Of a stretch of 64,000 nt of DNA, positions 1 to 10,566 are shown in pieces (the first letter of the stretch is position 1; every line of letters begins with the position of its first letter). A program made the translations under genes and the position numbers. The notes below the pieces were generated by a model. The model was not told where the DNA came from and searched no databases. It saw only the letters and a list, made by a program, of their open reading frames with translations. This DNA comes from an uncultured delta proteobacterium (GTDB lineage Bacteria; Desulfobacterota; Binatia; UBA9968), in assembly GCA_963804165.1 (NCBI GenBank), contig CAWDPO010000015.1, forward strand, positions 64,001-128,000, read 5' to 3'.

Positions 1-2
1 CC

Positions 3-275
3 GGCGATGAAGCGACGGCGCGTCTTAAAGCAGATCCGTCCACTAGAGACATTCCCGTGATTGTTAACACCGCCTTCAACAAGGGGACACTTGTGGATCG
101 CGCTATCGCCGTTGGTGCCGCGGAAATATTGCACAAGCCTATCAGTTTCGAAGCTCTTCATGCGGTCGTGCGTCGATATTTATTATCGGACGATATGCCC
201 AATACGTCGCATAGTCGTGCGAATCGCCAAGTTCTTCGATCGTCCGACCAAACAGTTCTATCTGCCCAGAAGTAA
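3..275 (+). CDS. Response regulator receiver (CheY-like), 5' end outside window
   Basis: Frame is open from the window edge: GDEATARLKADPSTRDIPVIVNTAF...GAAEILHKPISF, the C-terminal half of a REC domain including the KP motif. Confidence 0.8.
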   Translation, partial: GDEATARLKADPSTRDIPVIVNTAFNKGTLVDRAIAVGAAEILHKPISFEALHAVVRRYLLSDDMPNTSHSRANRQVLRSSDQTVLSAQK

Positions 276-602
276 GCCTCAATTTAATCCTGAGAATTTG
301 AGGATCCGAATCCTCGTCCCTGGCAATGCTGTGGCGGGAACGTGCTCGTTATTAGTGGGAAATCTATTAACGCAAGTTGCGGCGAATTGACGGAAGCGAA
401 TTGGTGTTGCTCAAGACCCAGTTTTCTGACGTTGCTTTAGCGCTTCGATCTTTGTCATATTTTCTTTGCCCACCATGATGCTGTTAAAAATTGATGGTGC
501 AGTCGGAGACTGAAACACGACACATCCGCAGCCACACCCGTTAGGTACGTGAGATTTTTCGCCATGCTTACACTTTTGACACTTTTCCATACTGTTCCCT
601 TG

Positions 603-902
603 TTATCTGCGTGACGCTCGACAACCGTCGGCGATAGCGTCAGCCGGACTTGCGTAGCATTTCTCCGGCTTCGACTTTTCGTAAAACCGGCCGCCCGGGG
701 CGTGGAAGATGCAACGTTCGCCACTAGCGGTTGTAAAATTGCCTTTGATCACGTGACTCGCCGGGCAATGAAACGGATCGATTGGAGCCAAGCTGCCCCG
801 TTGTTGCGCAATCGCTTGCGAGAATGCCGCTTCACTGGACCAGTACCGACTCAATCCCGCCGCAGCCACATAAAAAATGAGACAGACCAAAAACCATTTC
901 AT
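603..902 (-). CDS. Small exported protein with a 'sunset'-type domain (as at nuclease C-termini)
   Basis: N-terminal hydrophobic signal, then C..IKGN...IFHAPGGRFY...E.CY...A..DGCRASRR motif. Confidence 0.6.
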   Translation of the reverse strand: MKWFLVCLIFYVAAAGLSRYWSSEAAFSQAIAQQRGSLAPIDPFHCPASHVIKGNFTTASGERCIFHAPGGRFYEKSKPEKCYASPADAIADGCRASRR

Positions 903-1211
903 CGGACCCCCGCCTTTCTCGCACGTTTGTCACTGTGCTATTAGCGAAAGGCATGCCGTCCACGATATTCCCTTTAATACACCAAAGTGCGGTAAATTCT
1001 GTTTTGGAAGTACAAACGCCTGTCACGATCCGACAGATGGTTGTGCGGTGACGTAATCTAGCCGGTTAGGGTAGGGCGACGCAGCAGCAAATCTTATATG
1101 CCGTGTAGTCGGTAAAAGGCGGCCAAGGATAGACGCTCATTTGCTATTTGCACTCGTCCACCTCGCGTGCGCAAACATCCGCAAGTGTAGCAAAGGCCAG
1201 TTTCCTAATGC

Positions 1212-1469
1212 TTACAGCGTGCGTGGAGAGAGATCGCTGCCGCAGTGTTTGCATTCAAACGTGGTGTGCCTGATTCGTTTGGAGCATTGCGGACAGACCT
1301 TTGTCGAGCCAATCCAATAGATCGCTGCGCCAACTGCCATCAAAGTGACGCCAGGCATCGTCCTGCCGCCTGACGCTCCAAGCATCGACCCTACCACCCA
1401 TCCAACGACGGTGATCATCACGCCGAGACAAAAAATTAAACGACCAAAGAGTTTGACAAGAACGCTCAT
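1212..1469 (-). CDS. Small 2-TM membrane protein with C-terminal zinc ribbon (copy 1)
   Basis: Two hydrophobic segments, then CPQC...CKHC; near-identical paralog at 4579-4839. Confidence 0.7.
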   Translation of the reverse strand: MSVLVKLFGRLIFCLGVMITVVGWVVGSMLGASGGRTMPGVTLMAVGAAIYWIGSTKVCPQCSKRIRHTTFECKHCGSDLSPRTL

Positions 1470-1899
1470 TCTAGCAGTTTCCCCATTCTATCGCCGCCAC
1501 CACCGTGCGAGTACCAATCGACCGATGATCGTGAGGAGATAAGTAGCGGTGAACCGAAACGCCGACTGTTGCCCCGGCCGAATGGTTTAAACATGCCAGC
1601 CATTAGTGAATGAATCTCAAGACCCTCAAAGGGACACTTTTTTATTAATTCAGCTTGTCGATCAACGTTGACGGAGCAAAGTCACCGCCGTCATTTCGCT
1701 TTCATGTTCTTGTCCATATTTCGATCATTAGTCTTGTGCTGCGCTGCCATCCCCCTAGTCATTTTGGAAAACCGGCGATATAGTCAGCGCGGATCTTTAT
1801 CAGGGAAGAGTCAAAGCTCTGGATTTACCCACGGCCTTTAAAAGAAAGACTTAACCCTCCAAGCTTTGTTTGGCGTATGGATTTCGAGGAGACCCTCTG

Positions 1900-3015
1900 A
1901 TGAAAACTCACGTCGCCATCAATCTGCCATTTCTGCTTTCACTCATTTTTCTGACAGCGGACTTGCACGCCGACTGGAACAGCGACTGGAAGCAAACCGT
2001 CGCAGCGGCTAAGAAAGAGGGGCGGTTGAATCTCTACGTCGGCCGGTACGGACAAGCGGCGCTGCTCGACGAATTCAAAAAGGACTACCCGGAGATCAAG
2101 ATCGTCTCGGTCAACGGCACCGGCGATCAGCTCGCCACCCGGATCGCCGCGGAGGTGCGCGCCGGGAAAACCATCGCCGACATTTACAGCGGCGGGCCCA
2201 ACTCGAGCTATAGCTTGCTTTACCGCGGCAAGATTCTCGACTCGATCAAGTCCGCGTTTATACTTCCCGAAGTGCTCGACGAGTCCAAATGGTACGGCGG
2301 CAGGCATATCTTCACGGACAGCGAGAACCAATTCATCTTTGTCTACATTGCGCTGCCCGGCACCCGCGGCCTATCTTACAATTCCAACCTCGTCAACGCG
2401 AAAGAGTTTAAATCTTACTGGGACCTGACCAATCCAAAATGGAAAGGGAAAATCACCTCGCAGCGGCCCACCGAGACCGGGCTCAGCGTCAACTTGCAGT
2501 TCTATTACTACCAGCCCGAGCTCGGACCGGAGTTTGTCAAGCGCGCCTTCGGCGCGATGGAAGTCACGTTCGGCGATCGGCGCACGATCACCGACTGGCT
2601 GGCGGTGGGGAAGTTCGCCATCTGTCACGGCTGCCGCCAGATTGAGAAGGCCTCTGGTCAAGGATTGCCGGTGGAGGATTTTGAAACCGGGGATTGGAAA
2701 GAAGGGCAACCGCTGAGCACCGGCGGCGGTTCGATCAGCCTGATCAAAGGCGCGCCCCATTCCAACGCCGCGCGGGTGTTCATCAACTGGTTTCTCTCGC
2801 GCAAAGGACAGACTGCCATGCAAAAATCCAATGATCTTTACGGCGAGCTGCCGCCGAACTCTCGCAGAACAGACATTCCCAAGGACATGCTTCCCGCAGA
2901 AAACCGATTGGTCGAAGGAAGAAAGTATTTAGACGTAGCTCGCCATGAGTTTGCCGACATGACTCCCGTGCTCAACCTGGCGAAGGAAATTGTCAAAGCT
3001 CTGGAGCAGAAATGA
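1900..3015 (+). CDS. ABC transporter extracellular solute-binding protein (Fe3+/polyamine-type family)
   Basis: Signal peptide, AAAKKEG.L, DL.NPKWKGKI and APH.NAA..FINW.LS..GQ motifs; GAGGAG RBS before ATG 1900. Confidence 0.85.
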   Translation: MKTHVAINLPFLLSLIFLTADLHADWNSDWKQTVAAAKKEGRLNLYVGRYGQAALLDEFKKDYPEIKIVSVNGTGDQLATRIAAEVRAGKTIADIYSGGPNSSYSLLYRGKILDSIKSAFILPEVLDESKWYGGRHIFTDSENQFIFVYIALPGTRGLSYNSNLVNAKEFKSYWDLTNPKWKGKITSQRPTETGLSVNLQFYYYQPELGPEFVKRAFGAMEVTFGDRRTITDWLAVGKFAICHGCRQIEKASGQGLPVEDFETGDWKEGQPLSTGGGSISLIKGAPHSNAARVFINWFLSRKGQTAMQKSNDLYGELPPNSRRTDIPKDMLPAENRLVEGRKYLDVARHEFADMTPVLNLAKEIVKALEQK

Positions 3016-3230
3016 TACTGGAGAATTGAAGAGGTCCCGAGAAAGCTCGTGAGGAATAAAAATCCCATTGATGAAACCAGCGGGGCACTATTGAATCTCG
3101 CGATAATCCGACCCGAGCGACGGCACAATCGCTTAAAGCTTTGAGCAAGTTTAAGAATCAAGCGTCCTGACCCTCCAATGGCTTCTGTGCTGGACAATTA
3201 AAGTTATATGTATCTCGCAAAGGCGAGCTC

Positions 3231-4160
3231 ATGAAAACCCTTTACAAATATTTGCAATATGTCACGGTTGTGACGCTTCTTCTCATCGTCATTATTGCAG
3301 TTATTCATTTTCCCTATAGCGTCGACACTTCCCTCACTCAGCAGGAAATAGAGGCTGCGCGAAAATTCTACACAGAGGCATATCAGAAGCCGGTAATCAA
3401 AAACCAAGCAGAATCCGAATATGAGACAGAATATCTTCGAGTAGCTCAGACCGGAGCAGAAAAGTACCGCATTAAAGAACGGGTGAGTGCGTTTGTTAAG
3501 CAGTTTAATCTAAGCGATCGGCCTGTCCTCGAAATTGGTTCAGGCCGAGGCTATTTACAGGACGTGGCGCAAAACTATACCGGTTTGGATATCTCTCCAA
3601 ACGTGGCACGTTTTTACCATAAGAGATTTGTTCTGGGTTCGGCCACGGCGTTGCCATTTCCAGATGACAGCTTTGACGGGGTTTGGTCGATCTGGGTGTT
3701 CGAGCATGTACCTAATCCCGAGCAGGCGTTCCGCGAGGCTCGGCGGGTTACACGTGACAATGGACTACTTTTCCTCGTTCCGGCGTGGAATTGCGCGCCG
3801 TGGGCTGCCGAAGGGTACAATGTGAGACCCTATTCCGATTTCAACTTGCCGGGGAAAATCATCAAAGCGAGTATTCCCCTACGATCCTCCACTTTCTTTA
3901 TGACAATAACCCTGGTGCTAAATCGTATTGTCCGCAAGGTTTCAGCTCAATTCGGACCAACGAGATTACGATATCGCCGGTTGACTCCGAATTATCAAAA
4001 ATATTGGGAAGCGGACAGCGACGCAGTTAATTCGCTCGATCGTTATGAAGCGATGTTGTGGTTCGTGAGCCGAGGTGATGAATGCTTGAACTGCAAGAGA
4101 TCTGCGATAATTTCTCGTTGGGGACCGCTCATCATTCGCGTTCATAAACCGGCGGGCTAG
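3231..4160 (+). CDS. Membrane-anchored class I SAM-dependent methyltransferase
   Basis: VLEIGSGRG motif I, LPFPDDSFD, FEHVP; N-terminal TM helix; lower GC than flanks. Confidence 0.85.
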   Translation: MKTLYKYLQYVTVVTLLLIVIIAVIHFPYSVDTSLTQQEIEAARKFYTEAYQKPVIKNQAESEYETEYLRVAQTGAEKYRIKERVSAFVKQFNLSDRPVLEIGSGRGYLQDVAQNYTGLDISPNVARFYHKRFVLGSATALPFPDDSFDGVWSIWVFEHVPNPEQAFREARRVTRDNGLLFLVPAWNCAPWAAEGYNVRPYSDFNLPGKIIKASIPLRSSTFFMTITLVLNRIVRKVSAQFGPTRLRYRRLTPNYQKYWEADSDAVNSLDRYEAMLWFVSRGDECLNCKRSAIISRWGPLIIRVHKPAG

Positions 4161-4578
4161 CACAGCGTCCTAGGAGTATTACAAGCGCGGCAGATAACAT
4201 CCTTGACTCGAGTTTGCGAGAAAGCATCCCGACGCCTTTGGCCGGATTAACCTCACTTCCGATAGGTCGGCTGCTGGGGTCGAATCTTTTACTTTGGGAT
4301 CCTGCCCCTGCGCGGTAGCTTGGCCGTTCTCATCCCAGCGCACTTTGATCTGCCCGCTTGCGATCTGTAGTCCCGGCGCTTCTACCACCTGTTGACGTAC
4401 CATCAACCCCGCATCTTAGCCTCACCCATCCTCTCAAAACGAAATTATCCTCACTCTATCAGACGCTTGCACTCTTCCGATCGCGTGAATCGCTGTTTCT
4501 CGGGTTATAGAAATCTGACCCAGTCGGTTGTCGAAGGAGAGTTAGTAAAGATACGCAACTCTGACAGAAGTACGCGTG

Positions 4579-4839
4579 TTAAAGTGTGCGTGGGGATAGA
4601 TCGCTGCCGCAGTGTTTGCATTCGAGCGCAGCGTGTTTGACACGTTTGGAGCATTGCGGACAGACCTTTGTCGAGCCAATCCAATAGATCGCTGCGCCAA
4701 CTACCATCAAAGTGACACCAGGCATCGTCGTGCCGCCCGACGCTCCTCCAAGCATCGACCCTACCACGCATCCGACGACGGTGATCATCACGCCGAGACA
4801 AAAGATTAGACGACCGAAGAGTTTCGCAAGAAAAGGCAT
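4579..4839 (-). CDS. Small 2-TM membrane protein with C-terminal zinc ribbon (copy 2)
   Basis: Aligns end to end with 1212-1469. Confidence 0.7.
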   Translation of the reverse strand: MPFLAKLFGRLIFCLGVMITVVGCVVGSMLGGASGGTTMPGVTLMVVGAAIYWIGSTKVCPQCSKRVKHAALECKHCGSDLSPRTL

Positions 4840-5297
4840 TTTAACCGTTCAAATCTACAGCTTCTTCCTTCCGAGGCAAGACCCTTGGGATGAGACACGG
4901 ATAGGTAAGAAATCCCGATGAACACGGCAATCAGCAGTGCCAGATTTTGATCAAGTCAGCAAAATAGTCGAGTCGTAGAAGACCCTTCTGCGCTTGTTTG
5001 CTCGTCGCTAGTTTCGACTAACGATGGAAATGTTAAGTTTGGCGCCCCGGGACCAGAATAAGTGGGTTGAGCATTCCAACATCACTGTTTATCGTCAAGA
5101 TGTGCTACAACCCGCACACAGAGAACGACTAATAGAATTGAACACAATTTCTAAAACCGTCCAAATTTCACCGACTGGTATTGCATGCGTCGAGGATAGT
5201 ATCCGCTCTTCGTATAGATCAACGGATGAAGTTGTGCGACGGCTATCGATCCCCTTTTCCAATATCAATCCAAAACGTCGAACCTCATTCGGCAGAA

Positions 5298-6362
5298 CTA
5301 GTTCTCCCACACCGGTTTGACGGCGGTGTCGAGCCACTTTCGCGCGTCCTCGATATAAGACTTATTCGCAACCACGATGGGTTTTGTGTTGGGGCCCCAG
5401 CCATTTTCGATGGAAGTTTTGGATTTGAATCCCTTCCGGGAACTTGCTCTACCAACCGCGTCGATCGCCGCTTGCCCTTCGGGCGAGGTCAGCCATTCGG
5501 CAAATAGCTTGGCGGCCGTCGGATGGGGCGCTTTGGCATAGATCGCCGCCTGCTGGGGCGAGACCACCGGCGGAGCGCCTCTGGCGAAATCGAGAGGACT
5601 GCCGATTTCCTTTTCGCGCACGACGTCGTGGAAGAGCGCCGGCATCGCGATGGAGTATTCGCCGGCGACGGCAAGGCGAATCATCGCGCTCGTGCTTTTG
5701 TGAATCGAAACATTCAAAGCCTTGAGCCTCTTGATGAAATTGGCCCAGCGCGCGTCGTCCTTCCACTCATCTTTGAAGGCGGCCAGCATGGAGCTTAGCG
5801 GGCCCGCTCGCAAGGGATCGTCCAGCGCCACTATCCCTTTGTACTTTGGATTCGTCACGTCCTCCCAGCTCTTCGGCGCCTCTTCCTGTTTCAGTTTCCT
5901 GGTGTTGTAAGCGAGCGCTTGAATCTGCAGGCTGACCACTGGTGCGATAGCATCGTGCACGATCAAGGAATTGGCCTGCACGGTGGTGTAACCTTGCGAC
6001 GCGCCGGCGTTATGAAGAACCAGCGGCGCTTCGGTAAGAATCACATCGACGCTCGCCTGATTTCCCTGGTATTCAGTCAAGGTCCGGGTCGTCACTTCCG
6101 ATCTCGTCGCCTGCCAGTAGGAAGTGTTGATGCCGGGAAAGCGTTTGCTAAAGGCTTCCGTTAGCGAGCGAATGTGATCGACATCCCAAACGGTGTAGAC
6201 GACCAGCGCCCCTTCCTGTTTGGCCTTGGGATAGAACTCTTTCGCCAGTTTTTCGAAGCGGGGATCGGTTTCGGGTCGCGGCTGGGCAATCGCAAACTTG
6301 TTGGTCAACGCGAGGACGAAAATCACGGGGAGGAAAGACGAGAATAATAGTTTCTTCGCCAT
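5298..6362 (-). CDS. ABC transporter extracellular solute-binding protein
   Basis: Signal peptide, AKQEG.LVVY, AYNT, PKSWED..NPKYKG, APHP.AAKLF.EWL.S.EGQ. Confidence 0.85.
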   Translation of the reverse strand: MAKKLLFSSFLPVIFVLALTNKFAIAQPRPETDPRFEKLAKEFYPKAKQEGALVVYTVWDVDHIRSLTEAFSKRFPGINTSYWQATRSEVTTRTLTEYQGNQASVDVILTEAPLVLHNAGASQGYTTVQANSLIVHDAIAPVVSLQIQALAYNTRKLKQEEAPKSWEDVTNPKYKGIVALDDPLRAGPLSSMLAAFKDEWKDDARWANFIKRLKALNVSIHKSTSAMIRLAVAGEYSIAMPALFHDVVREKEIGSPLDFARGAPPVVSPQQAAIYAKAPHPTAAKLFAEWLTSPEGQAAIDAVGRASSRKGFKSKTSIENGWGPNTKPIVVANKSYIEDARKWLDTAVKPVWEN

Positions 6363-6838
6363 GCCAGACTCCTTTTTCTTCTGTTCGAGTGAAACAACCT
6401 GAACAGTTCAAACGGCTCAGAACCTTTCACGGCCCCAAACCGTCGCCGTTTGGTTTCGCCAAAGCGCAACCTAGTCGACTCTCAGTCTTTTAGTCAAGAA
6501 GTAACCAGTGATGCTAGGAAATGGAGCGACCCGCTGGAACTGGACAGGAAGGGAGGTGAATTTAGAACGCCGATCGTAGGGAAACGAGGAGGGAAGATGA
6601 GAGAGCGGCGGAGATTTTCCTTGGCTTCAGAAAGATCGGTGGTTTCATGCCTTTCACGAGTGACTTCTATGTTTGCCGCGTGTACCGGCAAAAAAAACCG
6701 ACTTGCAACTGGAGCCGATCCTTAGTCTATGAAAAAAAGTCCAGTATGGCTTCGTTCCGATGGCGCCGTCCGCAGTCAGCGAAACAGCCGATCGCAATCA
6801 AACCAATGGGGCGCCGAGTTACCTTAGACGGGGCACTC

Positions 6839-6919
6839 ATGTCGGGAGTCTTTGTCAGCTACCGGCGGGACGACAGTCTGACCGATGCCAGAAACCAGAA
6901 ATTGCACCAGCTTGACTGA
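6839..6919 (+). pseudogene. N-terminal remnant of a TIR-domain protein
   Basis: ATG then MSGVFVSYRRDDS, the typical first strand/helix of bacterial TIR domains; stops after 26 codons. Confidence 0.45.
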
Positions 6920-7068
6920 CAAGAAGTCTCGTCAGCGAGTTCAGACTTTGACAAGTCAACAAAGATAGTGGAGTTGTAGATACCTGACTTGATATAGTTG
7001 AGGTGGTCGCACGTCGGCACAGGTCGTGGAACCGGGCGAAAGGCTGAAACCGACGTAAAGGAGATAAA

Positions 7069-7665
7069 ATGCGCGAGATCCTGACGGATATCTTTACTTG
7101 GCCGTGGTTTTCGGAACCGCACGGATACAATTTTAACGGGCACTTTATTCGTTACGCTGGTGGTAATCTCTGCGTCGATCCGGTGGAGCCCAGTGACGAG
7201 GATCTGGCGGAGCTGGCGCGGCAAGGCGTCGCTCGCATTCTCATCACCAATCGCAATCACTCGCGGGCGGCGAACAAGATTCGTGCCCGCACGGGCGCGC
7301 GGACGGCGATCCATCCAGCCGATGCGCCCCACGCTCGCAAAGAGGGCGCGGAGCTGGATGACGAACTAAACCCAGGCGACAAGGTCGGTCCGTTCGTGGT
7401 GATCGACTCGCCGGGAAAATCGCTGGGAGAAGTTGTCCTTCACTGGCCGGAACGAAAAATTCTGCTCGTCGGGGACGCTGTGGTGGGCGATCCGCCTGGG
7501 AAGTGCAAGCTGTTGCCGGATAAGGTAGTGGACGATCCACCGCGATTTCGCGACAGCGCGCGAGAACTGCTTGCCCTCGACTTCGATATTTTATTGGTCG
7601 GCGACGGCGTGCCGATTCTCCAAGGGGCGAGGGAGCGGCTGCGGGAATTAGTCAATACGTTTTAG
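7069..7665 (+). CDS. MBL-fold metallo-hydrolase-like protein
   Basis: ITNRNHSR degenerate metal motif, IHPAD, PGK..GE, LLVGD; AAGGAG RBS. Confidence 0.8.
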   Translation: MREILTDIFTWPWFSEPHGYNFNGHFIRYAGGNLCVDPVEPSDEDLAELARQGVARILITNRNHSRAANKIRARTGARTAIHPADAPHARKEGAELDDELNPGDKVGPFVVIDSPGKSLGEVVLHWPERKILLVGDAVVGDPPGKCKLLPDKVVDDPPRFRDSARELLALDFDILLVGDGVPILQGARERLRELVNTF

Positions 7666-7982
7666 CATCCATAAAGGTTTCAATCGTTCCAGCCGTTCCA
7701 AGAGCTTCGTCACTGTCTTGGAACTGAACAACCCTCGGCTGCGAAGGGTTCTGCGTCTAGACGGAAAGTCCAGTGCTACTCGCGTCATTCCGACGGAAGC
7801 CGAAATGCAGTCGGTTTTGCGCTTGAACTCAAAACGAACCTGAATGCCGGCAGGAGTTTGGCGTGAGATCCGTCGAAGGGCCGGCAGTGACGAACATTCA
7901 CTCGCCTGAAAGCGAGGGATTCCAGCATCCCCGACAGAGACATTAAGCCCGCCGTGATTTACGTGGAATTGACCGGATTCCG

Positions 7983-8270
7983 CTATTTCTGCGGCTTGGC
8001 CGGTTTGGCGACGGGTTTCCGGGGATCTTCGGCATCGGGCAAGCAGAGATAGGTCATCGAGCTGTTGTTGCTGGTAAACGTCACGCTGTTACCCTCGAAC
8101 TTGGCGTCTTTGAATTGGCGCCACATGTCGAGCTTATCCTTCACACTGGCGTGGCATTTGTCTTGAGTCCCAAATCCCGGCGCCGGGGCCCAGGTATCGG
8201 ACGTCGGCGTTTGAGTTCTGGTCCACAAGGTCCAGGCAAGTAAGAGGCTTAAGCAACAGGCTTTCTTCAT
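7983..8270 (-). CDS. Small exported hypothetical protein
   Basis: Signal-like N-terminus, AW.LW...C...YLCLPD..DPR pattern. Confidence 0.6.
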   Translation of the reverse strand: MKKACCLSLLLAWTLWTRTQTPTSDTWAPAPGFGTQDKCHASVKDKLDMWRQFKDAKFEGNSVTFTSNNSSMTYLCLPDAEDPRKPVAKPAKPQK

Positions 8271-8493
8271 GAGATGAGTTTCCCCTTTTTGCGTTAGACG
8301 CTCGGCGCGCTAAAGTCTTCGTGCCCGTGAACTCCAGTCGATTCGTCATCGACTCGTTACCATCATTGGCGCCCGCAGCTCAAGTCCTTTTCTGTCAGAT
8401 CGGCTCTTACGAGCGCGAGATTGGTCCCTTGACACATAGCTCCGATGGGGCGTACACGAAGGACAAAGACCAAAAAGCCGGGAGGTAACGCAA

Positions 8494-9519
8494 ATGGCGA
8501 TAAATTTTGAAGTCATCGATGCCGACGGCCATATCACGGAAGAGGACGCGCAGCTCAAAAAATACATGCCGAAGGCGTACGTTAAACGCGCCGCGACGCT
8601 GACGCCGCGAGATAGTTGGGACCGTTCGTTCAGCGGCAAATTGGGCACGCGGGCGGGGGACGCCAAGAGCTGGCTCGATGCGATGGACAAGGGCAGCGTA
8701 TCCACCGCGGTGCTCTATCCGACCAACGGCCTGAGCGTCGGTTGGATCCGCGAGCCGGACGTAGCGGTGCAGTACTGCCAGGCGTGGAATGATTTCTGTT
8801 CGGAAGAGTTTCAAAAAGTCAGCCCGCGCCTCAAATGCGTCGCGTTGGTGCCGTTTCAGGATGTGCCCGAGGCTGTCAAAGAGCTGCGCCGGGCGGTTAC
8901 AGGAACTAAAACTTGTCGGCTTGATGCTGCCGGCAGTCGGCCTGCGCTTGCCGCTGGGCCACGAGAGCTTCTGGCCGATCTATGAAGAGGCGGAAAAACT
9001 CGGCTGCATGGTCGGCGTCCACGCTACCGTGCGCGGGCCGCATTATTTCGCCGGCGATATGTTCGACCAGTTCATCGAAGTGCACACCTTGTCGCATTCC
9101 TTCGCCCAGATGATGCAATGCTGCAGCTTCATGTTTCGCGGCGTCTTCGACCGATTTCCCAAGTTGCGCGTGGCTTTCATGGAAGCGGGCTGCAGTTGGG
9201 CGCCGTATTGGTTCGGCCGCATGAACGAGGAGTGGGAAAAACGCGGTGAAGTCGAGGCGCCCATGTGCAAAAGGAAGCCGACCGATTATTTGAAAGATGG
9301 GCGGATCTATTTTCCACGCCGAAGACTATGAGCCGATGATCGGCGCGACGACGGAGGTGTTGACCCATAAGGTGATCTATTATGCTTCCGATTACCCGCA
9401 CTGGGACACGGAGTTTCCGGAAAATATCGCGCATCTCGAGCAGGCGCGAAGATCTGAACGACGAAGCCAAGAAATGGCTGTTCGCCGAGACCGCGAAGAA
9501 ACTCTATAACCTGCAATGA
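8494..9519 (+). CDS. Amidohydrolase 2 family protein (split by indels)
   Basis: DADGH, VHAT, FMEAG and YASDYPHWD motifs across ORFs 8494, 8789 and 9297; GGAGG RBS. Confidence 0.85.
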
Positions 9520-9525
9520 GGGATT

Positions 9526-10549
9526 ATGCCAGCAAAACGCAAAGTCTGTTTTACCGGGCCGATGCGTGTCAACGTCGCCGAGCAGACTCTGCGCCACGCG
9601 GGTTGCGAGCTGGTGCTGGGAAAGCCGCAGGACGATTTTCGCAAGTTTCGCTATGAGCGCAAGGATTTAGTTAATCTGGTCGGCGATGCCCAATTGTCTT
9701 TCCATCTGGACGCGATGTTATCAGTGCGGAAATTTTGGACTCCTGTCCGGATCTCCAAGCCGTCGTGAAATCGAGCATCGGCATCGAGACCGTCGACGTC
9801 GATGCCGCGACCGACTTGGGGATTCTTTGCTGCAACAGCCCGACGCCGGAGAATTACATGGGCGTGGCCGAGGCGACCATGGGTTTGATGGTGGCGCTGT
9901 TCAAGCGGTTGAAGCTCAACGAAAGCACATGCGCACCGGCGGCTGGAAAGAACTGCATAACCGCGGCACGCTCATGCTGGGCAAAACGGTCGGCATCATC
10001 GGCGTCGGCCGCATCGGCCAGAACGTCGCCAAACGGCTGGGCGCGTGGGGCATGAAAGTGCTTGGCTACGATCCTTATGTCAAGCCGGAGACCGTCGCCG
10101 CCACTCGGCGTGAAGATGGTGTCGCTGGAAGAGTTGCTGCAGCAGTCCGATCTCGTCACGCTACACGTCGTCTTGACGCGGGAGACCCGCGGCATGATCG
10201 GCATGCGCGAGTTCAAGCTGATGAAGCCGACAGCGTTTATCGTCAATACCTCACGCGGGCCGGCGATCAAGGAAGCCGATTTAGTGCAAGCTTTGAATGA
10301 AAAAATCATCACCGGCGCGGCGTTGGATGTATTTGACGAAGAGCCGCTGCCCATGAGCGATTCGCTTCGCCAAGTCGATCCGCTGCGCCTGATCCTGACG
10401 CCGCATAATATCGGCGCCAATCCCGGCTCGGCGGAGGCAGGCCAGAGGATGGCGGCGCAGAGCATGCTGGCGATCCTCGACGGCAAAATCCCGATACCGT
10501 GGTCAATCCTCTGGCGATTCCGCGCTGGAAAGAGCGCTTTTCGACGTAG
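9526..10549 (+). CDS. D-isomer-specific 2-hydroxyacid dehydrogenase (split by indels)
   Basis: GIIGVGRIG Rossmann motif, VNTSRG, AALDVF.EEP, TPH across several frames. Confidence 0.85.
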
Positions 10550-10566
10550 GGCTTACACCCCTCTTT

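Noticed and set aside
171-195. Second dif-like sequence (TTATCGGACG)
   Set aside because: Only one arm matches, there is no XerD-type arm, and it lies in a coding region
4179-4406. 75-aa minus-strand ORF
   Set aside because: No recognisable motif; probably a gene remnant
5024-5320. 98-aa ORF as a functional gene
   Set aside because: Looks like a C-terminal fragment (WVEHSN...ISPTG) with no clear RBS or assignable family; overlaps the SBP end
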